From Longimicrobiales bacterium (GTDB taxonomy: Bacteria > Gemmatimonadota > Gemmatimonadetes > Longimicrobiales > Gaopeijiaceae), in contig OZ220732.1 in assembly GCA_965116905.1 (NCBI GenBank), forward strand, positions 352,001-416,000: 64,000 nt of DNA, given 5' to 3'. Shown piece by piece: positions 19,673 through 29,100 of the stretch; the stretch's first letter is position 1; each line of letters starts with the position of its first letter. A program made the translations under genes and the position numbers. The notes beneath the pieces are model-generated. The model did not search any database. It was not told where the DNA came from and saw only the letters and a list, made by a program, of their open reading frames with translations.

Positions 19673-19769
19673 TGGCTTGTCTCCGATGGCAGTCTGCAGA
19701 ATCGCTGGGCATGTCGCATTTCGACGCTGGGTATCTCCGGGAATACTCGGAGCGTCCGTCCGCAACTCG

Positions 19770-19985
19770 TCAATGATCTACCGTGATCTTTCGATACCAT
19801 GCCCGAAGCCTGGACACCCCCACGACACTGCCGACAACCCAGATCGCACCCGCAACCACGAACCCGGCAGCCATCCCCACCGGGCCAAAGACGCCGACCA
19901 AAATGGCGACAAGGATCAGCGCCGCAGTAGGCAAGGCGTACCGGCCGGCCAGCTTCCAGCCTTCCCACAATTGGTCGTTTGTCAT
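19770..19985 (-). CDS. Small two-TM membrane protein (71 aa)
   Basis: Two hydrophobic helices, basic C-terminus; fills the gap between co-oriented genes. Confidence 0.5.
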   Translation of the reverse strand: MTNDQLWEGWKLAGRYALPTAALILVAILVGVFGPVGMAAGFVVAGAIWVVGSVVGVSRLRAWYRKITVDH

Positions 19986-20019
19986 CCGAGAATCCCGGCG
20001 CCCGCGCCCGGTTCCGCCC

Positions 20020-22530
20020 TCAACTCACCGGCCGCGGCCGCTTCTTCAGCACGAACAGGCCCTCCTGCATGCTGGTCACGATCACGGTGCCGCTCTCGAA
20101 GTACGGGTAGTTGCTCCACGCGCCGCCGAAGCCGGGGCCCTCCTTGTACGGTGCCGTATCGAACGCGGCGACCTCGCGAGGGTTCTCGGGGTCGGAGATG
20201 TCGAGCACGTGCAGGCCGTAGAGGTAGTTGGCCTGGTACATGAGGTCGTCCTTGATGTACAGGTTGTGGGCGCTGGCGGGCTGCGAACCCATGAACTCCC
20301 TGATGAGGACCGGGTCCTCGATATCGCTGAGGTCCCAGATCAGGGTGCGGGTGGTCTCGACGTTGCCCGCGATGACGTCGGCCTCGTCGTCCTGGAAGAA
20401 GTAGCGATGGTCGGGGGTGAGCCAGCCCTGGTGGATGTAGGCCGGGTTCGGCGAGGAGCCGCTCGCCACCTCGACCGGGTTGTCCTTGTCGGTGACGTCG
20501 GTGATCTGGAAGACGCGGCCGTTCGAGTTCAGGCAGAGTTCGCGCCCGCTGTAGCGTTCGTCGGGGCCGTCGTAGACCACGCACTGCGAATCGTGGATCC
20601 CGTCCGAGGAGCCGCAGCCCGCGAACTGGGGATTCTTGGGATCCTGGATGTTGATCATGTGCAGACCGCCGCCGCACGCCTCGCCGCCGCTCCCGCTGCC
20701 CACCGCGTAGGCGAAGCCGGTCTCTTCGTTGATGACGATGTTGTGCGAGCTCGCGATCTCGGTGTAGTGCACATCGGGCTCGAAGAGCGCAGGCATGTCC
20801 GCGGGCGAGATGTCGCGCAGCCGCGTAAGGTCGAAGACCTGCATGCCGTGCTCCCCCGCCCCGTCGGCCACGATGAAGGCGTGATCCATGTACGTCTTGA
20901 TGTCGCGCCATAGCTGCGACGGCGGGGTGTCGGGCGTCTTGGGCAGGTCGCCCACCAGCACGGGGTTGGTCGGATCGGTGACGTCGATGAAGGACGTGCC
21001 GTCGTTGCGTCCCACCAGCGCATACTCTCGTCCCGTTTCGGGGTCGGTCCAGCCCCAGTTGTCGTTGGCGCGCACGCCGCGCGCGCGGTCTTCGGCCCTG
21101 AGCAGCGAGGCCGGGATGTATGCGAGCAGTTCGACCTCTTCGCAGTCGAAGGGACCCACCTGGCCATCGGTGCAGCGGCGCTCCTCGCCCACCATCGCTC
21201 CCATGGCGTCGGGCGCGCTGACGAGCATGCCCGCGTCGTCCCAGCCGTCGCCGTCTCGTGCGAAGACGTGGACCGAGCCCGCCTGGTGGTGCATGCCGGG
21301 CGCACCGACGGCCACGACCCCGGCGTCCGCGACGACCAGGCCGCCGAAACGGTCGCTCTCGACGGTCTCCGCGCTGGGAAGCTGGATACGGCGCGGGGCG
21401 GTGGGCAGCGAGCCGTCCGCCGCGGCTGCGTACACGAAGACCGAGCCGGTCTCGTAGCCGCGCGTGGTGGGCGCGCCGACCCACACGTCGTTTCCGGCGA
21501 AGGCCACGGCCGCGCCGAAGCGGTCGCCGCTCTCGCCGTCCGCGAATGTGAGCCGTCCGTCGCCGGGGACCCACCGGGCGAGGTCGGCGCTCCAGGAATG
21601 CGCGTAGACGGCGCCACGACTGTCGTCCGTTCCCGGCGCTCCGATCAGCACCCTTTCACCCGAGGCCGCGAGGGCCGACCCGTAGTTCGCGTTGGCCTCG
21701 GGCGCCGCGTCGAGGGCGCCGACCTCTTCCCAACCCCCTGCCCCAAGGCGGTAATGATACACGCGGCCTGCGGCTTCGAGGCCTTCCAGATCGCTGGTGG
21801 GGGCGTCCCACCGGTGTGCGCCGATCAGCGCGCCGTGGGTGGTCATGACGATCGCCGAGCCGAATCCGTCGCCGCTGGTGCCATCGCCGGGCTGGAGGAC
21901 TCCGCGCTGCACCCAGTCGCCCGATGCGTCGCGCTGGTATGTGTAGACGGCACCCTGGGCCGGAGCTTCGGCGGCCTGGTTGGGCCCGCGGCGGGGGGCC
22001 GGAGCGGTGCCGGGCACCCCGACCAGGAGCCAGTCGCCGTCCGCGGCCAGGCTGAGGCCGAAGTCGGTGCCGCAGAGTCCGTCGAAGCGGCACTCCGGAG
22101 ACTGTCCGGCGATCTCCTCGTCGTCGATCGTGCCCGCGGCCGCCCATGCACCGCCTTCGCCGCGCTCGAAGACGTGTAGCGGGCCGCCGCGCTGGCCGAT
22201 GAACAGCGTGTTGCCGGTCCTGGCCAGCAGCGTGCCGAAGCCGTCCGCGCGCTCGGAATCGGGGGCGCGCAGCATGGAGGCTTGCCGCCAGGTGCCGCCG
22301 GATTCGCGGTACACGTACACGGCGCCCGGCCGGAAGCTGGTCGTGGGCTCGGCGATGAGGATTTCGTCGCCGTCAATCACCACCGCGTGCCCGAAGGCGC
22401 CGGACTGGGCGGTGAGCGGCGGGGCGGCAACTGCGGCAACCGCGGCGGATGCGGCAAATACAGCGGCCACGAGGGTGTGCCCCGCCACAAGGCGGGCGGT
22501 GTGCGCGCGAATGGTGTGTGCGCAAATCAT
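20020..22530 (-). CDS. Choice-of-anchor B family protein with FG-GAP repeats
   Basis: FG...LVGAP repeats; NDNWGWTDPETGREYALVG, HNIVINEETGFAY, YIHQGWLT, HNLYI, GAWSNYPYFESG. Confidence 0.8.
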   Translation of the reverse strand: MICAHTIRAHTARLVAGHTLVAAVFAASAAVAAVAAPPLTAQSGAFGHAVVIDGDEILIAEPTTSFRPGAVYVYRESGGTWRQASMLRAPDSERADGFGTLLARTGNTLFIGQRGGPLHVFERGEGGAWAAAGTIDDEEIAGQSPECRFDGLCGTDFGLSLAADGDWLLVGVPGTAPAPRRGPNQAAEAPAQGAVYTYQRDASGDWVQRGVLQPGDGTSGDGFGSAIVMTTHGALIGAHRWDAPTSDLEGLEAAGRVYHYRLGAGGWEEVGALDAAPEANANYGSALAASGERVLIGAPGTDDSRGAVYAHSWSADLARWVPGDGRLTFADGESGDRFGAAVAFAGNDVWVGAPTTRGYETGSVFVYAAAADGSLPTAPRRIQLPSAETVESDRFGGLVVADAGVVAVGAPGMHHQAGSVHVFARDGDGWDDAGMLVSAPDAMGAMVGEERRCTDGQVGPFDCEEVELLAYIPASLLRAEDRARGVRANDNWGWTDPETGREYALVGRNDGTSFIDVTDPTNPVLVGDLPKTPDTPPSQLWRDIKTYMDHAFIVADGAGEHGMQVFDLTRLRDISPADMPALFEPDVHYTEIASSHNIVINEETGFAYAVGSGSGGEACGGGLHMINIQDPKNPQFAGCGSSDGIHDSQCVVYDGPDERYSGRELCLNSNGRVFQITDVTDKDNPVEVASGSSPNPAYIHQGWLTPDHRYFFQDDEADVIAGNVETTRTLIWDLSDIEDPVLIREFMGSQPASAHNLYIKDDLMYQANYLYGLHVLDISDPENPREVAAFDTAPYKEGPGFGGAWSNYPYFESGTVIVTSMQEGLFVLKKRPRPVS

Positions 22531-22560
22531 GTTCGTGTCTCCGACAAGAATTGTGAGCGT

Positions 22561-22599
22561 GGGTTGCTAGCGTGGACTGCTAGCATGGGTTGCTAGCAT
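22561..22599. repeat. 3 x 13-bp tandem repeat containing GCTAGC
   Basis: gggttgctagcgt / ggactgctagcat / gggttgctagcat. Confidence 0.85.
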
Positions 22600-22605
22600 C
22601 GGTTG

Positions 22606-23640
22606 TCAGCGTGCGAGGATTTCGGCGGCGCGCGGGGCCATGAGCGCATTGCTGTGGCCTGCGCCGGGGACGGTGTCGAGCGCCCAGCCGAAGTCGACCC
22701 CGAGGGCAGTGGCCGCGGACCGGGCGGCGGCGTAGAAGGTATGGCCGCGGGTGAAGCGATGCGGGCCCTGAAGCATGGCCTCGGGCGTGCGGCGAAGGTT
22801 GCCGGCGGTGGTGACGGTGTCGGCATCGCCGAGCAGCACCGTGACGGGGAGTTGGAGGAAGCCGGCGAGTCCGGCGACATCGAAGCCGGAGTCGCCGAGG
22901 CCGTAGGGCCACGCCACGCTCTCGTCGGGCATGGTGTACCAGCCGGCGTTGGCCGCGACCGCGCGTTCGACGGGTGTCTCGGGCCTGGTCATCAGAAGAC
23001 GGTGCACGAACTGGCTGCCCGCGGAGTGTCCGAAGATGCGGAAGGTCGTGCGCGTGCTGCCGGTGGCGGCGCGGACCGCGTCGAAGAGGTGCTCGATGGC
23101 GCTGAAGCTCCAGGCGGACTCGAGGTTGCGCGGGGCGGGTCCGGTGGCAGGGGCCGCGTCGACACCGGTGGCTGCGGCCCCGTCAACCGCGTCCGGGTCG
23201 GCGTCCGGATCCGGGGCCGCGTCCGTGTCCGGGAACACGTTCCCAAGGTTGTACCACTGGCTGCCGGGGTAGTTGTCGGCGTCGAACTCGGGCACGACGA
23301 GCAGGAAACCGTGGGCGGCGGCGTGCTCCTCCCAGTCGTCGAAGTACCGCTGGCCGGTCCTGGACGCGCCGTGCATCACGAAGACGATGGGCGTCTCGGG
23401 GGTGTAACCGTCGGGCATGTGGTAGCGCACGGTGATCGGGCGGTCGGAGTTGCCGCGGGCGTCGTGGAAGGTGAACTGGCCGGACCCGGACTGCATGGCG
23501 GGGACGCCAGGCGTGGACTCGGCCGCCGGGTTCGCGTCGCCGGCATCCCTCTCGCCGCACCCGCCGCAGGCCACCGCCAGGATCAGCACCGCCGGCAGCG
23601 ATCGGATTCGTCGCTCTCTCATCCGACTTCTCCTCCTCAA
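22606..23640 (-). CDS. Alpha/beta hydrolase lipoprotein
   Basis: Lipobox LAVAC; VFVMHG, GHSAG nucleophile elbow, VPGAGH. Confidence 0.75.
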   Translation of the reverse strand: MRRRSRMRERRIRSLPAVLILAVACGGCGERDAGDANPAAESTPGVPAMQSGSGQFTFHDARGNSDRPITVRYHMPDGYTPETPIVFVMHGASRTGQRYFDDWEEHAAAHGFLLVVPEFDADNYPGSQWYNLGNVFPDTDAAPDPDADPDAVDGAAATGVDAAPATGPAPRNLESAWSFSAIEHLFDAVRAATGSTRTTFRIFGHSAGSQFVHRLLMTRPETPVERAVAANAGWYTMPDESVAWPYGLGDSGFDVAGLAGFLQLPVTVLLGDADTVTTAGNLRRTPEAMLQGPHRFTRGHTFYAAARSAATALGVDFGWALDTVPGAGHSNALMAPRAAEILAR

Positions 23641-26117
23641 CTGACCGGCCTATCCCGCTTCTTCAGCACGAACAGCCCCTCCTGGAGGCTCGTTACGATC
23701 ACTGTTCCGCTCTCGAAGAACGGGTACGTGCTCCATGCCCCGCTGAACCCGGGGCCCTCGTGGTGCGGCGAGGTGTCGAAGTAGCCGACCTCGCGGGGGT
23801 TCACCGGGTCGGAGATGTCGAGCACGTGCAGCCCGTAGCGGTAGTTGGCCTGATAGGCGTAGCCGTCCTTCAGGTAGAGGTTGTGGGCGCTGGCGGGCAT
23901 CGACCCCATGAACTCGCGGATGAGGATGGGCTCCTCCAGGTCGGTGAGGTCCCAGATCAGGGTGCGCGTGGTTTCCACGGCGCCACGGATCACGTCGCTC
24001 TCGTCGTCCTGGTAGAAGTAACGGTGGTCGGGGGTCAGCCAGCCCTGGTGGATGTAAGCGGCATTGGGGGACGAGGCGCGGGCGACCGCGACCGGGTTGT
24101 CCTTGTCGGTCACGTCCGAGATCTCGAAGAACGCGCCGTTCGAGTTGAGGCAGAGTTCATGGCCCCGGTAGCGCCCGTCGGGGCCGTCGTAGGTGACGCA
24201 CTGGGAGTCGTGGGTGCCGCGCTCGTGGGTGGCGCACCCGACGAACACCGGATTCTTCGGGTCGCGGATGTCCATCATGTGGAGGCCGCCGCCGCAGGAC
24301 TCGCCGCCGCCGCGGTTGCCGACGGCGTACGCAAAGCCGCTCTCCTCGTTGATGACGATGTTGTGGGAGCTCGCGATGCCGCGGTAATGCGTGTCGGGCT
24401 CGAAGAGCGCGGGCATGTCGGCGGCGGCGACGTCGCGCAGACGGGTGAGATCGAAGACCTGCATGCCGTGCTCGCCGGCACCGTCCGCAACGATGTAGGC
24501 GTGGTCCCTGTAGGTCTTGATGTCGCGCCACAGCTGTGACGGCGGGGTCCCCCACGGCTTGGGCAGGTCGCCCACCAGCACCGGGTTGGAGGGGTCGGTG
24601 ATGTCGATGAAGGAGGTGCCGTCGTTGCGTCCCACCAGAGCATATTCCTGGCCGGTGACGGGATCGGTCCAGCCCCAGTTGTCGTTGGTGCGCACGCCGC
24701 GGGCGCGAACGCCGGCGCGCAGGATCGAGTTGGGGATGAAGGACAGCAGCTCGACCTCGCCGCAGTCGAAGGGGCCGACCGCGCCGTCATTGCAGCGCCG
24801 TTCCTCGCCGAGAAGCGCGCCGAGCGCGTCGGGGGCGCTGACGAGCATGCCGGCGTCGTGCCAGCCGGGCTCGTCGCCGCGTTCGTAGAGGTGGACCGAC
24901 CCGGACTGGTGATGCATGCCGGGCGCGCCGATCGCGACAACGTCGGCGGTTGCGACGATCAGGCCCCCGAAGCGGTCCTGCTCCACGGTCTCGGCCTGCG
25001 CGAGCTGGATGCGGTGGGGTGCGGCGGCAAACGCGCCGGGCGTGTCGGTGGCGCCGGTGTACACGTAGACCGAACCGGTCTCGTAGCCGCGCAGGGTGGG
25101 AGCCCCGACCCAGATGTCGCCACCGGCGAAGGCCAGCGCGGCGCCGAAGCGGTCGCCGCTCTCACCGTTCGGGAGTGCCAGCGTATTCACCTCGGGAACC
25201 CACCGCGCGAGGTCGTCGCTCCAGGAATGGGTGAAGACGGCGCCACGGCTATCGTCGGTACCGGGTGCGCCGACCAGGACCCTTCCCTCGGCGGCCGCGA
25301 GGGCCGACCCGAAGTTGGCGTTCGCCTCGGGAGCCGCGTCGAGGGCGCCGACCTCCTCCCAACCTCCCTTCACCACCCGGAAATGATAGACGCGGCCTGC
25401 GTTTTCGAGGCCTCGAAGGTCGCTCGTCGGGGCGGTCCACCGGGGTGCGCCGATTAACACCCCGTGGGGCGTGAGGAGAATCGCGGTGCCGAATCCGTCC
25501 CCGGGCATGCCGTCGGCGGGCTGCAGGGTGGCGTGCTGGATCCACCGGCCGGAAGCGCTGCGCTGGTAGGCATGGACCGCGCCAGGGACCTGAAGCGCCT
25601 CGGTTTCGTTGCGCTGTCGCGCCTGGGGGTCCGGGGCCGCGCCCGGAGCGCCCACGAGCAGCCAGTCGTCCGCTGACGCCAGTACCAGGCCGAAGTCGGT
25701 CCCACAATAGCCGTATTGGCCGCAACCAGGGTCGAGGCCGGCGACCCCGTCGCCTTCGACCGCGCCCGTGGACTGCCAGGGCCCGCCGTCCGCGGAACGC
25801 TCGAAGACGTGCAGAGGGCCGTTGCGCTGTCCGATGAACAGGGTGTTGCCGTTCTTCGCCAGCACGGTTCCGAAGCCGTCGGCACGCTCGGAGTCCGGGG
25901 CGCGCAGAAGGGCGGATTCCCGCCACTCGCCGTCCGACTGCTCGTAGACATGGACGGCGCCGGAGCGGAAGTTGGGGTTGGGCTCGGCGATGAAGATCTC
26001 GCCGCCGTCGATCACGACCGAGTTGCCGAAGGACGGGGATTGGGCCGCGAGGGACGAAGCGGACGGGGCCAGGATGGCGAGGAACGCGAGCAGGTTCCTG
26101 GTCGACTTGCGGATCAT
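23637..26117 (-). CDS. Choice-of-anchor B family protein with FG-GAP repeats (paralog of 20020-22530)
   Basis: Same motifs; AAGGAG before ATG 26117; signal ending LAA|Q. Confidence 0.8.
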   Translation of the reverse strand: MIRKSTRNLLAFLAILAPSASSLAAQSPSFGNSVVIDGGEIFIAEPNPNFRSGAVHVYEQSDGEWRESALLRAPDSERADGFGTVLAKNGNTLFIGQRNGPLHVFERSADGGPWQSTGAVEGDGVAGLDPGCGQYGYCGTDFGLVLASADDWLLVGAPGAAPDPQARQRNETEALQVPGAVHAYQRSASGRWIQHATLQPADGMPGDGFGTAILLTPHGVLIGAPRWTAPTSDLRGLENAGRVYHFRVVKGGWEEVGALDAAPEANANFGSALAAAEGRVLVGAPGTDDSRGAVFTHSWSDDLARWVPEVNTLALPNGESGDRFGAALAFAGGDIWVGAPTLRGYETGSVYVYTGATDTPGAFAAAPHRIQLAQAETVEQDRFGGLIVATADVVAIGAPGMHHQSGSVHLYERGDEPGWHDAGMLVSAPDALGALLGEERRCNDGAVGPFDCGEVELLSFIPNSILRAGVRARGVRTNDNWGWTDPVTGQEYALVGRNDGTSFIDITDPSNPVLVGDLPKPWGTPPSQLWRDIKTYRDHAYIVADGAGEHGMQVFDLTRLRDVAAADMPALFEPDTHYRGIASSHNIVINEESGFAYAVGNRGGGESCGGGLHMMDIRDPKNPVFVGCATHERGTHDSQCVTYDGPDGRYRGHELCLNSNGAFFEISDVTDKDNPVAVARASSPNAAYIHQGWLTPDHRYFYQDDESDVIRGAVETTRTLIWDLTDLEEPILIREFMGSMPASAHNLYLKDGYAYQANYRYGLHVLDISDPVNPREVGYFDTSPHHEGPGFSGAWSTYPFFESGTVIVTSLQEGLFVLKKRDRPVS

Positions 26118-26144
26118 GGTGTTCTCCTTTGGGTCCACGGGCCG

Positions 26145-29100
26145 CTAACGGTTCACCGGCCGCGGGCCCGACCTCCAGACCCCTTCGTGGATCCACGGGC
26201 GCGCGCCGTAGGGCCGCTCGTTGGGCCAGAGTTCGTCGAGGGTCATTCCGTCGTAGACGATGCCGCCCTTCATGACGAGCATGATGTCGGTGGTGTTGCG
26301 GATGTCGTCGAGGGGGTTGGCGTTGAGGATCATCAGGTCGGCGAGCTTGCCGGGGGTCAGCGTGCCCAGGTCTTCCGAGGCACCGAGGAAGTAGGCTCCT
26401 TCGACGCTGGCCAGTTCCAGCGCGGCCATCGGCCCCATGGCGGATTCGGCGATCCACACCTCCCAGTGGGACGCAAGGCCATGCTGCTGACCGTGCGCGC
26501 CAATGGCTCCATGGGCACCTTCGGCCATCCAGTCCACCAGCACCTGGGCCAGCATCGGGTAGCTGTAGTCGGTGAAGGGACGTTTGAAAGCCCGGCGGGA
26601 ATGCGGTACGAGCTGCTTCCACGGCATCCACAGGCGGAGCTTCTCGTCGCGCCAGACCTCGGTCTCCTGGAAGAACCACTCGTCATTCCACGGCCCCGGG
26701 CCGCCAACCACGAAGGTCGGCGAGTAGACGGTTTCGGCGCGCCCGAAGAAGCGGGCCGCGTCCGAGTACATCGGCACGTAGCTGATCGGGTGCTCCCACG
26801 CGGTCTGGCCGTCCATGATCATGCCCATGTTGAACGCCAGGTCGCTGCCCTCGGACGTGACCATGAGGCCCCGCTTGCGCGCAATGTCGGACACCCACTG
26901 GCGCTGGTCGCGGCGCGGCTGCAGGTACTGCTTGAGCGACACCGCGCCCCACGATTGCAGACGCGCGATGTTGTCCTCGGCGACCTCGTAGCTGGTCAGT
27001 TCGTTCTGGCGGACGGCGTCGCCCCGGTAGAGCGGGTCGCCCGTGGTGTAGGTGCGCGGACCGACCAGGACCCCGGCCTCGATCATCTGCGCGGCGGGAA
27101 AGACGTCCTGCGACCACTGCGAGTTGTCGAGGTTGCTGGTGACGCCGTAGGCCAGCGCGACCGCCATTTCGAAGGCATTGGGCGGGATGATGCCCCGGTA
27201 CTCGCGGAAGAAGTGCGAATGCATGTCGATGAAGCCGGGGATCACGGTCTTGCCGGTGCCGTCGATGGTGTGACCGGCTCCGGTCGCGTCACATTCGGCC
27301 ATTGCCCCGACGCAGGTGATTCTGCCATCCGTGGCGATGAGCGTGCCGTTCTCGATGACCTGCCGGTTCTCGAGGGTGATGATGCGGGCGCCGGTGATGG
27401 CGACCGTGCCCATGCCGAGCGAGCCCCGGGGGACTTCGAGCGCAATCCGGAAGGTGTCGGTGGTTTCGGCCGCGACATCGTGCGTGTAGTAGCTCGCCGC
27501 GCTCCCGAACTCGACCGTGTTGGCGTCGCGCCAGCCGGGGAAGATGCCGCCCCGGCGGCTCAGCTGCCGCACGGGGAGCCTGCCGCCCTTCTTGGCGACC
27601 GCCACCGCGCCGCCGATCCCCGCCGCCCCGCTCGGCACCGGGACCAGGTACGTGTTGTCGCCCTCGTTGAAGGCGGCGTGGCGGCCGTCGGGGGAAATCA
27701 TGACCTCGTCCGCCCAGGGGAGGACGAGGTGGACGCGCGGGTCCGTGCCGTCGCGGGCGACCGAACGCAGCCGCGTGGAGTCGCCCATCGTGCGGTAGAA
27801 GATGCGGCCGTCCGGGCCGAAGGCGCCCCGCACGAACTGGGTGCGGGTGGGCAGCGTGTTGCCCGGGACGCGGACGACGTGCTGGCCGGCGGACCCCATG
27901 CCCGCCTCGTCGCCGGTCTCGGCGCCGCCCCCGGGACCGGTCGCCGGGAAGAGCACCAGGTCGTACCACGGGTTGTGCGCCACCGAGCGGTACCGGACCG
28001 TGGCGCCCGACCCCCGCGTCGCCAGGATCTCCGTGCCGTCCGGGCTCCACTGGGTGTGGGCGTACTCGCCGGGCTCGGCGCTGACCTGCCGGGCGCTGCC
28101 GCCGTCGGCGCTGATGGTCATCACATGGCCGGTCGCGTTCTCGTCGACGGTCGTGTAGGCGATCGAGCGGCTGTCCGGCGACCAGGAGGGCGAGTACTCG
28201 AAGCGCTTTTCGGCGTCGGAGGTGAGGCGGCGCGGGGTCCCGTCGGGCAGGTCCATGACCCAGACGCGGCCAGCGGCGGCAAAGGCGAGCCGCTCACCGT
28301 CGGGAGAGCCCGTCGCCCAGCGTGTGAAGTTGATGGGAACAGGACCGTCGTCGATGCGGAAGGGCTCGTACGCCTGCTCCGAGATCACTCTGTGGACCCG
28401 CGCGGTGAAGGGGACGGTGGAGACCTCGCCGCTGGCCACATCCAGTCGCCGCAGCTTGCCTCCCTGCGCGATCACGATGGACGCCCCGTCGGGCGCCCAC
28501 GCGTAGCCGGGCAGCATGCGGATCGTCTTCATCCCCTCGGTCATGTCCTGCGCGATCGGGTCCATGACGATCCGCTCGGCACCCGTTTCCAGGTCGCGGA
28601 CCCAGAGCGCGGTGCTGGGACCGAACTCATGGCCCTTCCACTCGATCGTGGCATCGGGAAGCCGGCGCGCGAAGGCGACGTGGCGGCCGTCCGGCGAGAT
28701 CTCGCCCGCGAAGCCGCCGCCGCCCGACAGCCTGTACTGACGTGACGGAACCCCGCTGGTGACCTTGACCACCTCGCCCGTCTTCAGGTCCATGCGGCGC
28801 AGGTTCATGGTGCCCTGCAGCGCGTCGCGCACGAGCCGGTCGTCCAGCAGGGCGCCGTCGATGTTGTCCAGCGCCCACGGCACGGTCTGCCCCGGTGTGC
28901 GCACGTGGTAGAAGAGGTACCGCCCGTCCTCGGACACCGACGGCCACGACGCCGAGCCGTCGTCGCCGGACACGACCTCGACGCCCGTGCCGCCGTCCTG
29001 GTGGTACATCCAGATCCCGCCGCCCTGCGCCACCAGGATGTACTCGCCGTCGGCCGTCCATTCGGGCATGGTCACGCGTATGTCCATGCTGGACTGCACC

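Noticed and set aside
25716..28745. 1009-aa plus-strand ORF
   Set aside because: Antisense shadow of the PD40-amidohydrolase and choice-of-anchor B genes; no motifs; expected at high GC
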